64,000 nucleotides of DNA from the human T2T-CHM13v2.0 reference genome, Homo sapiens. The stretch lies in the NCBI RefSeq assembly GCF_009914755.1, contig NC_060932.1; one strand, given 5' to 3'. Position 1 is the stretch's first letter, and the number at the start of each line of letters is the position of its first letter. Of the stretch, positions 31,872 through 49,420 are shown piece after piece. The notes beneath the pieces are model-generated. The model was not told where the DNA came from. It searched no databases and saw only the letters and a list, made by a program, of their open reading frames with translations. A program made the translations under genes and the position numbers.

Positions 31872-32968
31872 CTTTGTGGTTTTATCTACCTTTGGTCTTT
31901 GATGTTGGTGACGTACAGATGGGGTTTTGGTGTGGATGTCCTTTCTGTTTTAGTTTTCCTTCTAACAGTCAGGACCCTCAGCTGCAGGTCTGTTGGAGTT
32001 TACTGGAGGTCCACTCCAGACCCTCTTTGCCTCAGTATCACCAGTGGAGGCTGAAGAACAGCAAATATTGCAGAACAGCAAATGTTGCTGCCTGATCCTT
32101 CCTCTGGAAGCTTCGTCTCAGAGGGGCATCCAGCTGTATGAGCTGTCAGTCAGTCCCTACTGGGAGGTGTCTCCCATTTAGGCTACTTGGGGGTCAGGGA
32201 CCCACTTGAGGAGGCAGTCTGTCTGTTCTCAGGTCTCAAACTCCGTGCTGGGAGAACCACTACTCTCTTCAAAGCTGTCAGACAGAGACATTTAAGTCTG
32301 CAGAGGTTTCTGCTGCCTTTTGTTCAGCTATGCCCTGCCCCAAGAGGTGGAGTCTACATAGGTAGGCAGGCCTCCTTGAGTATGGTGGGCTCCACCCAGT
32401 TCGAGCTTCCTGGCCGCTTTGTTTACCTACTCAAGCCACAGCAATGGCAGATGCCCCTCCGACAGCCTTGCTGCTGCCTTGCAGTTCAATCTCAGACTGC
32501 TGTGTTAGCAGTAAGTGAGGCTCTGTGGGCGTGGGACCCTCCAAGCCATGTGCGGGATATAATCTCCTGGTGTGCCGTTTGCTAAGGCAGTTGGAAAACC
32601 GCAGTATTAGGGTGGGAGTGTCCTGATTTTCCCGGTACCGTCTGTCATGGCTTCCCTTTGCTAGGAAAGGGAATTCCCTGACCCCTTGTGCTTCCCGGGT
32701 GAAGCGATGCCCTGCCCTGCTCCATGGGCTGAACCCACTGTCTGACAAGCCCCAGTGAGATGAATCCAGTACCTCAGTTGGAAATGCGGAAATCACCCGT
32801 CTTCTGCATCACTCACGCAGGGAGCTGCAGACTGGGCTGTTCCTACTCGGCTATCTTGGAACCTCCTCCTGCTTATGTCTCAAGTCTGTCTCTTCTATAC
32901 ATGTGGTTATATCTCCTTATGTGACATATCTTTGTTTTAACTTTCCCTTTCACAAAATCAGGCACAGC

Positions 32969-34750
32969 CAAATCATGAATGAACTCACATTCACAATTGC
33001 TATAAGAAGAGTAAATACCTAGGAATACATCTAACAAAGGAAGTGAAGGACCTCTTCAAGGAGAACTACAAACCAGTGCTCAAGGAAATCAGAGAGGACA
33101 CAAACAAATGGAATAACATTCCATGTTCATGGATAGAAAGAATCAATATTGTGAAAATGGCCATACCATACTGCTCAAAGTAATTTATAGATTCAATGCT
33201 ATTCCCACTAAACTACCATTGAAATGCTTCACAGGATCAGAAAAAAACTACTTTAAAATTCATATGGAGCCACAAAAGAGCCTGTATAGCCAAGACAATC
33301 CTAAGCAAAAAGAACAAAGCTGGAGGCATCATGCTACCTGACTTCAAACTATACTACAAGGCTACAGTAACCAAAACAGAATGGCTCTGGTATAAAAATC
33401 GACACATGGACCAATGGAACAGAACAGAGATCTCAGAAATAAGACTGCACATCTACATGCATCTGTCTTCAACAAACCTGAGAAACAGCAATGGGGAAAG
33501 GATTCCCTATTCCAAAAAATGGTGCTGGGAGAACTGGCTAGCCACATGCAGAAAATTGAAACTGGACCCCTTCCTTACACCTTATACTAAAATTAACTCA
33601 AGATGAATTAAAGACTTAAGTGTAAAACCCAAAACTATAAAAACCCTAGATGAAAACCTAGGCAATACTATTCAGCACATAGGCGCAGGCAAAGATTTCA
33701 TGATGAAAACATCAAAAGCAATTGCAACGAATGCAAAAATTGACAAATGAAATCTAATTGAACTAAAGAGCTTCTGCACAGCAAAAGAAATTATCATCAG
33801 AGTGAACAGACAGCCTATAGAATGGGAGAAAATGTTTGCAATCTACCAGTCTGACAAAGGTCTAATATCCAGAAGGTACAAGGAACTTTAAAAAATTTAC
33901 AAGAAAAAAAAACATTAAAAAGTGGGCAAAGGACAGGAATAGACACTTCTCAAAAGCAAACATTTATGCAGCCAACAGACATGAAAGAAGCACATCACTG
34001 ATCATTTAAGAAATGCAAATAAAAACCACAGTGAGATGCCATTTCGCATCAGTCAGAATGGCATTTATTAAAAAGTCAAGAAACAACAGTTGCTGGTGAG
34101 GCTGTGGAGCAATAGGAATGCTTTTACACTGTTGGTGGGAAGGTAAATTAGTTCAACCATTGTGGAAGACAGTGTGGCAATTCCTCAAAGACCTAGAACT
34201 AGAAATACCATTTGACCTATCAATCCTATTACTGGGTATATACCCAAAGGAATATAAATCATTCTATTATTAAGACATATGCATGCATATGTTCACTGCA
34301 GCACTATTTACAATGACAAAGGCATGAAATCAACCCAAATGCCCATCAATGATAGAATGGATAAAGGAAATGTGGTACGTATACACCATGGAATACTATG
34401 CAGCCATAAAAAGGAATGAGATCATGCCCTTTTCAGGGACATGGATGGAGTTGGAAGCCATTATCCTCGGCAAACTAACGCAGGAACAGAAAACCAAACA
34501 CTGCATGTTCTCAATTATAAGTGTGAGCTGAACAATGAGAACACATGGACACAGGGAGGGGAACGAACACACTGGGGCTTCTCAGGAGGGTGGTGGGAGG
34601 GAGGCATCAGGATAAATAGCTAATGCATTCTGGGCTTCATACCTAGGTGACAGATTGATAGATGCAGCAAACCACCATGGCACACATTTACCTGTGTAAC
34701 AAACCTGCATGTCCTGCACATGTATCCCAGAACTTAAAATAAATTTTTTA
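32969..34750 (+). mobile_element. 5'-truncated L1PA10-like LINE-1
   Basis: ORF2 3' fragments ([21 protein letters not shown]); 3'UTR gcatcaggataaatagctaatgcat; 15-bp TSD aaaatcag(g/a)cacagc at 32954-32968 and 34751-34765. Confidence 0.9.
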
Positions 34751-35019
34751 AAAATCAGACACAGCAAGAGTTTCTCTATTTTATTACCTTTCAACAAGAA
34801 GATTTCAATTTTATTCTTTCATTTTCTTTAACTTCGGTCTTTATTAATCACTATCATCCCAATATCTGCTGTTTACTTTGTTAGTTTCTCATTACTGCAA
34901 GTAAATAACTAATTTTCATTGTTTTCAGAATAAAATCACTTACAGCTTACCTTTTCCTCTGAAACATATTAGCATATGCATATTAGCATATTTCACAGGT
35001 TTTGCTATGAAGCGTTCTT

Positions 35020-35245
35020 ATGGCATAGTGGTTAAGAGTAGAGGTTCTTTGAATTCCAACTATTGTCTCTTGGACAGTTTACTCAACCTCTCCATTGCCT
35101 CAGTTTCTTCATCAGTCAAATGGGAATAATAATAGTACAGAATTTCTAAGATTATCCTAAAGTTGGAGACCCTCTACGTAAAAGGGCTTAGAAGCTCCGC
35201 TTGGCATTGAGAAAGCTTTCGATAAATCCTTGTTGTTCTTGTTAC
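35020..35245 (+). mobile_element. MIR
   Basis: catagtggttaagag...gcctcagtttcttcatcagtcaaatgggaataataatagtac. Confidence 0.8.
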
Positions 35246-35799
35246 CACTACTACTACCACCACTTTCTGAATCATTTTTACTAAGCCCCACTTAAATGAA
35301 TTATAGTTTTTCTCTGTCTGCTTATGATTTTTTCCCTCAGCATCCATAAAGCCAGGCTATTAAAATCTCACAAGTAGAGACAAATGAGTGGATTAAGGAT
35401 GCCAGTGATATCTCTGACCATAAGAACTGTCCAGTCACTGCCCTTATTAAGCACTGGAAAACAGTCTCTGCTTCTAAATCTGTCTGGTACAAGTAAAGGT
35501 CTCTTCCCACCCTCAGGAACTTGAGTTATTCTGCCCACCATTGTAGGTCTAGGTCCTCTCCAAGGCTGTACATTTGATAGGATTGAGCCATTTGAGAACC
35601 AGATGCACCAAATGGGCAGGTTTCTACTTTCTGTGCTCCTGCAAGGAATCACAAGTTTGTGGTCTGCTTCCCCAGACCTCAGTTAGAGGCAGGTTTTTTT
35701 CCCCTCCACTTGCTTTCTCTCAGATTCAAAAAGACGAAGTCCAGGGTTTACTAGCAATCATAAGCTGAAAACGGGGCATGAGAGCTACCCTGGAAGAAA

Positions 35800-37450
35800 T
35801 AAAAATTTCACTCCCAATAGCAACAAAAACAAGATACCTAAGAATACACTTAACATGAAAGGTATGGGGCTTTGTAAAGAAAACAATAAACTATTATTAA
35901 GTAGTATAGACCCAAACACATGAATAAAATGTTACATGCCCACAAAAGAAAAGGCTTAATATTCTAAAGTTATTTTTTAATTAAAATTTAACGTATACAA
36001 TAATGTAATTCAAAGCAAAGTGTATTAAGTTTGGGGTTATGAGAGAACTGAGTAAAATTAGTTCTGAGTTTATATGAAATAAAATATGTCCAAGAATATC
36101 CTCCCAAATTTTGCATTGAAGAGTAGGGCAAGACTGGACTTCACAGATAATACAAGTTATTATAAGATTATGCTAATTAAAATGGTATGCTTTTGGCATA
36201 AGAATATATACAGAAATTAGCAGAATAACAAAGAAAGACAAAAATAAATCTAAATATATATGGATATTAATTCATGACAAAGGTGCCATTTCAATTCAGT
36301 AGAAAAAGTAGAACTTATTTAATAAATACTGTAAGCATAGCTGGCTGGGAAAATAATTAAAATTTGCATGCACACTATGCAGAGATCAATTCCAGATGAA
36401 TTAACTTCAAGCATAAATGATAAAAAATATTAAAAAGAAAACTAGGATATCATTTGTGCAAGCTTTGAGTGGGTGAGATTTTCCCAGGCAAAATGGTAAA
36501 CCCAAAAGCTACAAAGGAGAAGACAAATAGAATTGACTATATAGATATTTTAAACTGTTGTATGGCATAAGACAGCATAACTGAAGTCAAAGATGACAGA
36601 CTGAGAAGATATTTGACAGAAACTGTGTTCACAATCGTAAGCAAATCTCCACACTTGATTAGAAAAAGGTGAGCAATCCAATACAAAATTGTTCAAAGAA
36701 TATGATCAGACAATTGGCAGAAGAAGAAATCCAAATGGCCAATAAACATGAAAAGAAATGTATCATTACTATCAAACCTAAGAAATTGACACACATAAAA
36801 AGTGTTCAAGGGGCAGTGCTGAAGAACAGCAGAGTTGTGAAATGGAATTCACATAGGATGCTGGTGGAGGTGAAAAATGCCACAACATATTGGAAACATG
36901 AGTTGGCAGTATTTATTCAAACAAGCTTTTCAGTTTGCATATACAGGCTATGACCAAAACTCGGACTTGAGATTATATCCTATTGACATAAAAAAGGCGA
37001 GTATATAAGGACTTTCACTGCACCATTTTGGTTACTGCAAAAATGGGATCTACTTGATCATCTACCAGTAGATAATAAATTATATTTTAAATTACAGGTG
37101 TGAAAGAACTGCACTGCACTTCTTAAAAGAATCAGATACAGCCATATCTATGAACCCGAGGAGATGTCTACTTTCAAGCATAAAAACAAGCTGCAGAGTG
37201 ATATGTACACCATGATACCATTTAAAAACAAAAACAAAGTCTTACAAATAATAGCTATGTTTGGAAAAGGAGGGAGAAAGCCATAAAAGTATACATCCCA
37301 AGCTGATAGCACTGGTTATTTCAAGAGGATGGGAATGGGAGGAGGTGGAGGGAAGGTTATTATCTTTCTTTACACATATTTGGATTGTTTCACTTCTTAA
37401 AGTACATACTTGTTTTTCGTGACTTCAGAAAACATTAAGGACATTTAAAA
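35800..37450 (+). mobile_element. L1ME ORF2 3' end plus 3'UTR
   Basis: ORF 36669-36953 (EEIQMANKHEKKC) is L1 ORF2-like; old L1ME 3'UTR motifs follow. Confidence 0.75.
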
Positions 37451-37745
37451 AATAATTGTGCCTTCTTGGAATTGATTGTTGTGGTCAGTTTGACTACAGC
37501 ACAGTGATTGGAAATGGAACTACGAAGTCAGATTGAAAATGGCAACAGGGTCCAAATAATGAAGGACGAACATATTTCATCCCTACTTAGGAGTATTTTG
37601 TGTTTAAGAAAGGAAGTGATCTCATCAGAAATGCACATTTTAAAAAACAATACAATTTAGAGCAGGAGTAGGGCATTTTGGAGTTGTCCATATCATAGTC
37701 ATTGAAAAGCCCCAGCAAGAGGGAGAGGAAGAAGAAAATACAAAA

Positions 37746-37970
37746 ATAATGTTTTTCAAACTACTGGTTACAATGTATTAATGGGTCTTGGAATGACTTG
37801 AATGGCTTGCTACTAAGATTTTTGAAAAATGAAATAGAATATAAATATCAGTGGTCACCACACTTCATAAGAGTGTTAGTCCATGAATTTTTTAGCCATA
37901 TAGATATTCACATATGCAAATATGGCAAATATATTTTTACTGAATTGTGATGAAAAATGTTTCCAAGTGT
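37746..37970. mobile_element. MER112-like hAT DNA transposon relic
   Basis: gtttttcaaact...aaaaatgaaatagaatataaatatcag...aaatatatttttactg. Confidence 0.55.
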
Positions 37971-38086
37971 GGGTTGCAGTTTAAAATGTTTAAAAGCTAG
38001 AGGTAAAACTGACAGAACACATCATCTGATAGATTGTGAAGTACAGGAAGCGATAATCAAATGATGTTAAGATTCAGAAATATATA

Positions 38087-38432
<346 letters not shown>

Positions 38433-39807
38433 TTATTTTACATAGCCACAGCCACCTCTAGGACACCACCTCTTCAGTTAAAGTCTACTCTAGGATACCT
38501 GAATAAAATTAGGATTCAGGCCAATTTTTACAAATAAGAGTAGTACAAGGTGCCAATATGGTATCATATTACGCGTTCCAGAAAGGTAAATGGCCGTAAA
38601 TATGTCCCCTCTTCTAGCACCTGAAATTCTACAATTAGCTTATTTCCTTTTCTGAATCATTTCAGATTCAGCTAGTCCATTTCAGATCAGCTTTAAAAAA
38701 CAAACAACAACAACAAACAAGAGATGCTATTTAGAACAATGATTGCTCAAGACCCTTCACTCATGCCCCTACTCTCCTCTCCTGTCCAACCTTTTTTCGG
38801 GATAATTAACTCTTAACCACAGAATGTGGGTCAATCAGAATTAAAGACTAGACCCCTTTCTCCTTTGAGCCACCTGCTGTTTCTGGGTTCAGGTGTCTGT
38901 GCAATTGTTATTACACTTCATTTCTTTGTTGCTTCAGTATGTAAGGCCCTTGATTATAGAGGAAGTTGTTTATTATCACTGTTATTTTAATTTATCTTGA
39001 TTTCACCAGCATCTGCACTATGTCTGGTACACAAAAGGTACAAAATTAGAATGGGTGAATAAATGAATGCACGCTAAGCCACTCACTAAATTCTCTTTCC
39101 ATCTTTTACAAGTCTTTGCTTGGTAAACATCCACCTTCCTTGGATATTAAGCTTCTATGATCTGGGTGCTTTTCCGTTGTTATTTGATGAGCATGTGCAA
39201 CCTTTCCATATACCCCTTATAAAAACAAAAACAAAGAGCAAAACCTTCCTCAAATTTTAAACCTATTACTTTCCTTCTTATCACTGACAAACTTTCTGGA
39301 AAACTACTCACATTTTACTATCTTCCTTTTCTCAATTGCATTCGCCTCTCAAATCTTAATATATGGCATCCCCTGATCACAGCCACAATTTGCAGGAAAT
39401 ATAGATGACAGAGAAACAGACAGCATAGGGATATCATTAACAAAATCCAGACTGTGGCAAACTTTACAGGAGAAACAACTCAATTTCTTTAACAACCAGT
39501 GGCATATTCATATGTCCAAACTCAGCAAATTGTATCCACTACATATGTGCAGTTTTTTGTGTATCAGTTATACCTCAATAAAGCTGTAAAACAACAGCAA
39601 CAACAATTAATTGCAATAAATGAAGATAAAAGAGAGAGATGTAGGTAAGCATAGATTTAAAAGATATTAAACAATTTCAATGCATAGACATTTTCATTCC
39701 CATCAACTTTTATAAAGCAATTTATGAATTCACAAAAAATGGTGGGAAATGACCATTACAGAAATGAGAATTAAGTAGATATTTGATGACATAAAGAAAT
39801 TGTTGTT

Positions 39808-40713
39808 GAGGGAGGAGCCAAGATGGCCGAATAGGAACAGCTCCGGTCTACAGCTCCCAGCGTGAGCGACGCAGAAGACAGGTGATTTCTGCATTTCCAT
39901 CTGAGGTACCGGGTTCATCTCACTAGGGAGTGCCAGACAGTGGGCGCAGGCCAGTGGGTGTGTGCACCGTGTGCGAGCCGAAGCAGGGTGAGGCATTGCC
40001 TCACTTGGGAAGCACAAGGGGTCAGGGAGTTCCCTTTCCCAGTCAAAGAAAGGGGTGACGGATGCACCTGGAAAATCGGGTCACTCTCACCCGAATATTG
40101 CGCTTTTCAGACCGGCTTAAAAAACCGCGCACCAGGAGATTACATCCTGCACCTGGCTCGGAGGGTCCTACGCCCACGGAGTCTCGCTGATTGCTAGCAC
40201 AGCAGTCTGAGATCAAACTGCAAGGCGGCAACGAGGCTGGGGGAGGGGCGCCCGCCATTGCCCAGGCTTGCTTAGGTAAACAAAGCAGCCGGGAAGCTCG
40301 AACTGGGTGGAGCCCACCACAGCTCAAGGAGGCCTGCCTGCCTCTGTAGGCTCCACCTCTGGGGGCAGGGCACAGACAAACAAAAAGACAGCAGTAACCT
40401 CTGCAGACTTAAATGTCCCTGTCTGACAGCTCTGAAGAGAGCAGTGGTTCTCCCAGCACGCAGCTGGAGATCTGAGAACGGGCAGACTGCCTCCTCAAGT
40501 GGGTCCCTGACCCCTGACCCCCGAGCAGCCTAACTGGGAGGCACCCCCCAGCAGGGGCACACTGACACCTCACACGGCAGGGTATTCCAACAGACCTGCA
40601 GCTGAGGGTCCTGTCTGTTAGAAGGAAGACTAACAAACAGAAAGGACATCCACACGGAAAACCCATCTGTACATCACCATCATCAAAGACCAAAAGTAGA
40701 TAAAACCACAAAG
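39808..40713 (+). promoter_or_regulatory. L1 5'UTR internal sense and antisense promoter, intact YY1 site
   Basis: CpG-rich L1PA2 5'UTR; CAAGATGGCCG at 39819-39829. Confidence 0.85.
40043..40258 (-). CDS. LINE-1 ORF0 (71 aa), intact reading frame
   Basis: MAGAPPPASLPPCSLISDCCASNQRDSVGVGPSEPG...TRFSRCIRHPFL*, ATG at 40258; matches primate L1 ORF0; expression not shown. Confidence 0.8.
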   Translation of the reverse strand: MAGAPPPASLPPCSLISDCCASNQRDSVGVGPSEPGAGCNLLVRGFLSRSEKRNIRVRVTRFSRCIRHPFL

Positions 40714-41728
40714 ATGGGGAAAAAACAGAACAGAAAAACTGGAAACTCTAAAACGCAGAGCGCCTCTCCTCCTCCAAAGGAACGCAGTTCCTCACCAGCA
40801 ACGGAACAAAGCTGGATGGAGAATGACTTTGACGAGCTGAGAGAAGAAGGTTTCAGACGATCAAATTACTCTGAGCTACGGGAGGACATTCAAACCAAAG
40901 GCAAAGAAGTTGAAAACTTAAAAAAATTTAGAAGAATGTATAACTAGAATAACCAATACAGAGAAGTGCTTAAAGGAGCTGATGGAGCTGAAAACCAAGG
41001 CTCGAGAACTACGTGAAGAATGCAGAAGCCTCAGGAGCCGATGCGATCAACTGGAAGAAAGGGTATCAGCAATGGAAGATGAAATGAATGAAATGAAGCG
41101 AGAAGGGAAGTTTAGAGAAAAAAGAATAAAAAGAAATGAGCAAAGCCTCCAAGAAATATGGGACTCTGTGAAAAGACCAAATCTACGTCTGATTGGTGTA
41201 CCTGAAAGTGATGCGGAGAATGGAACCAAGTTGGAAAACACTCTGCAGGATATTATCCAGGAGAACTTCCCCAATCTAGCAAGGCAGGCCAACGTTCAGA
41301 TTCAGGAAATACAGAGAACACCACAAAGATACTCCTTGAGAAGAGCAACTCCAAGACACGTAATTGTCAGATTCACCAAAGTTGAAATGAAGGAAAAAAT
41401 GTTAAGGGCAGCCAGAGAGAAAGGTCGGGTTACCCTCAAAGGGAAGCCCATCAGACTAACAGCGGATCTCTCGGCAGAAACCCTACAAGCCAGAAGAGAG
41501 TGGGGGCCAATATTCAACATGCTTAAAGAAAAGAATTTTCAACACAGAATTTCATATCCAGCCAAACTAAGCTTCATAAGTGAAGGAGAAATAAAATACT
41601 TTACAGACAAGCAAATGCTGAGAGATTTTGTCACCACTAGGCCTGCCCTAAAAGAGCTCCTGAAGGAAGCGCTAAACATGGAAAGGAACAACTGGTACCA
41701 GCCGCTGCAAAATCATGCCAAAATGTAA
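40714..41728 (+). pseudogene. L1 ORF1 with a 2-nt deletion frameshift at ~40919
   Basis: MGKKQNRKTGNSKTQSASPPPK... splits into 77-aa and 248-aa ORFs; aactttgaaa became aacttaaa. Confidence 0.95.
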
Positions 41729-41764
41729 AGGCCATCGAGACTAGGAAGAAACTGCATCAACTAA

Positions 41765-45621
<3,857 letters not shown>

Positions 45622-45676
45622 ACAATGAGATCACATGGACACAGGAAGGGGAATATCACACTCTGGGGACTGTGGT

Positions 45677-45698
45677 GGGGTGGGGGGAGGGGGGAGGG
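45677..45698 (+). other. L1 3'UTR G-quadruplex-forming tract
   Basis: ggggtggggggaggggggaggg, four G-runs. Confidence 0.7.
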
Positions 45699-46879
45699 AT
45701 AGCATTGGGAGATATACCTAATGCTAGATGACGAGTTAGTGGGTGCAGCGCACCAGCATGGCACATGTATACATATGTAACTAACCTGCACAATGTGCAC
45801 ATGTACCCTAAAACTTAAAGTATAATAAAAAAATATAAAATAAAATAAAATAAAAAATAAAATAAAATAAAAAAAAGAAATTGTTGTTCATTTATCTTAG
45901 ATGCAATAATAGTATGATAACTGCATATGTTTAAGTGACCTTATCTTTTAGTGATACATACTGAGATGTTTATGGATAAAATAATATGATGTCTGAACTT
46001 TGCTCCAAAGTAATATGGGAGGAGTGGATGGAGACATGGCTGAAGCAAGGCAATGAGTTGAGATTATTATGAAATCTGCGTAATGGATACATGGAAATTT
46101 AGTGTTACATTTTAAATACTCCATAATAGAGAGTTAAAAGAAAAAGAACTGGTGCTTTCCACATCCTACTTAAACTGCTCTGGGCATAGTCAGGAATGAC
46201 CAACGTGGCCAACATCAAGGGCATCTTTTCGAGTCATCATCATGATCCCTGCCATACCTAGCACTGCTGCTTACTCCTTACCTCTTGACAGTCTCACATT
46301 TGATTTCAAGGTTCTCTTCTGATATTTCCATACCTCCACTGTCCTCATCACAAAGTATGGTGGGAATACATTTTGGGGAGCTGTGCTAGGATAGGGAGTT
46401 CCAAGACTAAATTAGAGTGGGTAAGAGGTACTTGTGTGAAGCGGCAGAGTCAGGCTGAGAAAGCAGAATCACTGTCCAAAGCCAATGTCATAGGTAAAAG
46501 TGCCATAGTTTAACTGTATGGAGTGAGAGGAGGGTGGATATGAAAACACATTATTACAAGGATGATATTGTGGAAGTTCAGAAGCAGAATAAAATCAAAG
46601 ATGACCAAAAGTCCAGAAAGATTATCTTTAAAATGTCAAAAAAGTGCTTCATTCTTAAGAGTCTCTAAGCATCCATATGGTGGTGGTGATGACAGCCTCA
46701 GGTGCCACCTGCACAGCAGCCTGCCTCCCTAACAGAAACTTCTCAGTCTCCTGCATTAGCAACTCCAATTGCCCTCTCAATATTCAGCAAGGATTTGAGT
46801 GCCTTCCATATGCTCAGTATATTATCCTAGTTCTGCTTCTCATTTTACTTTATACCAATTGTTTTTAGCCTTTTTTAAA

Positions 46880-46970
46880 TCAGAAACTCTTATGGGAATC
46901 CAATGAAAGGCATGGATCATTTCCCCAGGATAAAATGCCCATAAACACCTACACACAAAATTTGGCATGC
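46880..46970. mobile_element. MER117-like hAT relic
   Basis: gaatccaatgaaaggcatggatcatttccccaggataaaatgccc...cacacaaaattt. Confidence 0.45.
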
Positions 46971-47359
46971 CATCTATTTTATTGCATTGGAAATTTACTT
47001 CAAATATGCAGACTTAAAACAACCTTCTCTATGTCACAAATTATATAAATAGCCATTTTCTGATTATAAACAAAGGAAAAATGCAAACTGTATATGCAAA
47101 ATAAGGTATCCCAATTGTGTTCAAAAGTAAATCTCAATGCTGTTGTGTTTCGTTTTGCTTTGTTTTCGCTTGACAGCAGTGCTGTAATTGTGGTGATGTT
47201 TGTGATTAGGTATGTTTCTGTCCTCTTTGGTTATGCAATTCTGAATTTTCATTTAGTTAATAACTAGAGCTAAATGTCTTACTTCTAAAGGTATGCAGCA
47301 AGAAAGGAATCATTTTGCTTTGTTCTCTCTGTTAGATGAAGATCACAAGCTGTCACAAG

Positions 47360-47797
47360 TGTCACAAGCTGGGTTTCCTAGAAGGTAGAATCTAAGACAA
47401 TTAGCACATAGGAAGTTTGTTAGAGAATGCTGTTGGGATTAACACTGTGTAAGGGTAGGAAAGAAAGTAGAATTGAGCAGACAAAGAGGTTAATGGCAAG
47501 GCAACCTCCAGGAAGCTTCAGCTGCCCCAGAGGGAAGGCCCTACATAGTTATCCTGAGTAGGAGCTACAGGCCAGGCCATCAGGCACCCATATCAATCAA
47601 TAGTTGGATTCTGGCTGTCCCAGAAAGGGTGTGACCTCAGATGAGGCTGTGCTTTTCAGCCAAGGCAATTCCTAAGGAGAGCTGACAGCTGAGAAGCCCC
47701 TTACAGCAGCTCTCCCAGTGGCTCTCCAAGCAGCTGGAGGAATACGTGTTTCATTCCTGAAGGGAGATCTGGGTAGCACATGACAGTATCCACTACA
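47360..47797 (-). mobile_element. LTR16A (ERVL) solo LTR
   Basis: tgtc...cagccaaggcaattcct...gagctgacagctgag...cctgaagggagatctgggtagcaca...cactaca. Confidence 0.75.
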
Positions 47798-48739
47798 GGA
47801 GGTTTCTCTCAAAAAACACCAGAATTATCTGAGTCTCTTCAAAGTGAATTCTTGTCCCATCATTTCCGGTGTACCCAAGTCTGTACTGTCATCTTTGACA
47901 AGGTTTACGGCCTTTCTACTTTTGACTGCAGAGAAAGAGCTAGAGGTTTATCACCCTTCTCTCCAGCCTATAGATATCTGTCTCAGCACTAAAACTTTTA
48001 CATTAAAACCTACCTGCAATCCCTTCTCTGAGAGATGAAAGTGGGCCAAAACAGTTTTCTTAGCCTGTTTTAAAATAGTTCCATCAGATTCTTGAATCAA
48101 AATATTTACCTCAAACATATGTCAAAATTTTCCACAAAGTAAGCCAAGTCACATGGGAACTCTATGTGGTCAAATATTCTGAAGGTAGATTTCCTTTTTA
48201 CTCAGAGAAAGGGACATATGCATCTGATAGTTAGGTGCCTTAAAGCCTTGGTCTCTGGAAAACCTGAGAACTTCTTTCTAAAGTACAGAAAATCTTTATG
48301 TGATTCTTCCATTTATGGACTAAGCCTCTGGAAAAGACAGTGATTGAAATCTTTGGTTCTAATTGAGTTTATGGCTTTCAAGTCAGGATGATTATTTGGA
48401 AGTAAATGCCACTAAAATTACAAAGTCTGACATATTTTGGAGCATTGCAGATGCTTCAAAACTTGTAAAACAGAAATTCTTCTCCAATGGCCTCAGCATC
48501 ACATAACAGTAGAAAACCAGAGGCATTGGTTGCTCTGATTGACATCAGCAGTGGTGTACCGGCAATATAAAGGAAACTGAGGAAATATCAGTGCTTCTTT
48601 ATTAGGTGAGATTCTTTGCAAAGACACCTTTCTTCCTCCTCTTCTTTGACTATTTCCAGAGAACTTAAAGTTCTCATTAATTTTGGTTCTCACCAATTCT
48701 TTGTTTGGATATGAGAAACTAATCTTATTATAACAACAA

Positions 48740-48990
48740 AGCTAATAATTATTGAAGATCTTCTGTAGGCCAACTATAATTCTAAGTGCTTTACTTGTAT
48801 TATCTCAATTTTCACAATAACCCCATGGAGTAAGCACTACTCTTACTGCCATGTTACAGGTTCCCACTTTTAGGGATGAGCAAAATGATACAACGTGAGC
48901 TTACAGAAGTACCCTAAACTCAGAGAGCTAGTAAGGGTGAGGCCAAGATTCAACAAGCTGCTCTGCTTCAGTCTGTCCTCTTAGCTACAC
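48740..48990 (-). mobile_element. MIR
   Basis: ctaagtgctttacttgtattatctcaattttcacaataacccc...agctagtaag. Confidence 0.7.
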
Positions 48991-49420
48991 TACATGGTAA
49001 TTCAAGTAGCTTTGAGGGACAAATGTTAGTCTGGGAATCATCCCAACATATTTACATGGAGCCTTCCTCTTATCAAAGTTCTACCTGGCCTGGTGTGCAT
49101 TCAGGGTGACACACATAAGCTATAGCTTTAGCTTCATTGGCTTCACACTCTATAGACACGACTTGGCCCCAAAGAGGCATCACGGCTCCTGTGTTGCATG
49201 TTCAGCAATGAAGGTAGAACAAAAGATAGCTGAAATCTTCATTGACATTTCTTAATTACAGCCAGATCCAGCATAAACAAAGACAAATTTCTATAAGCAT
49301 AAATAGCAGGATGTTTTTATTTAATCCCTGTAGAGAGGAAACTATTCTTGATATTACAACGTGGGGATAAGGACAAGGACGCAGTGCTTAAGTATGTCCA
49401 TTTTACACCTGTTTGGAGGA

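Noticed and set aside
47820-47945. Minus-strand acceptor ctctttctctgcag with a short open frame
   Set aside because: No good donor follows, the frame stops after ~32 codons, and isolated acceptors are common by chance.
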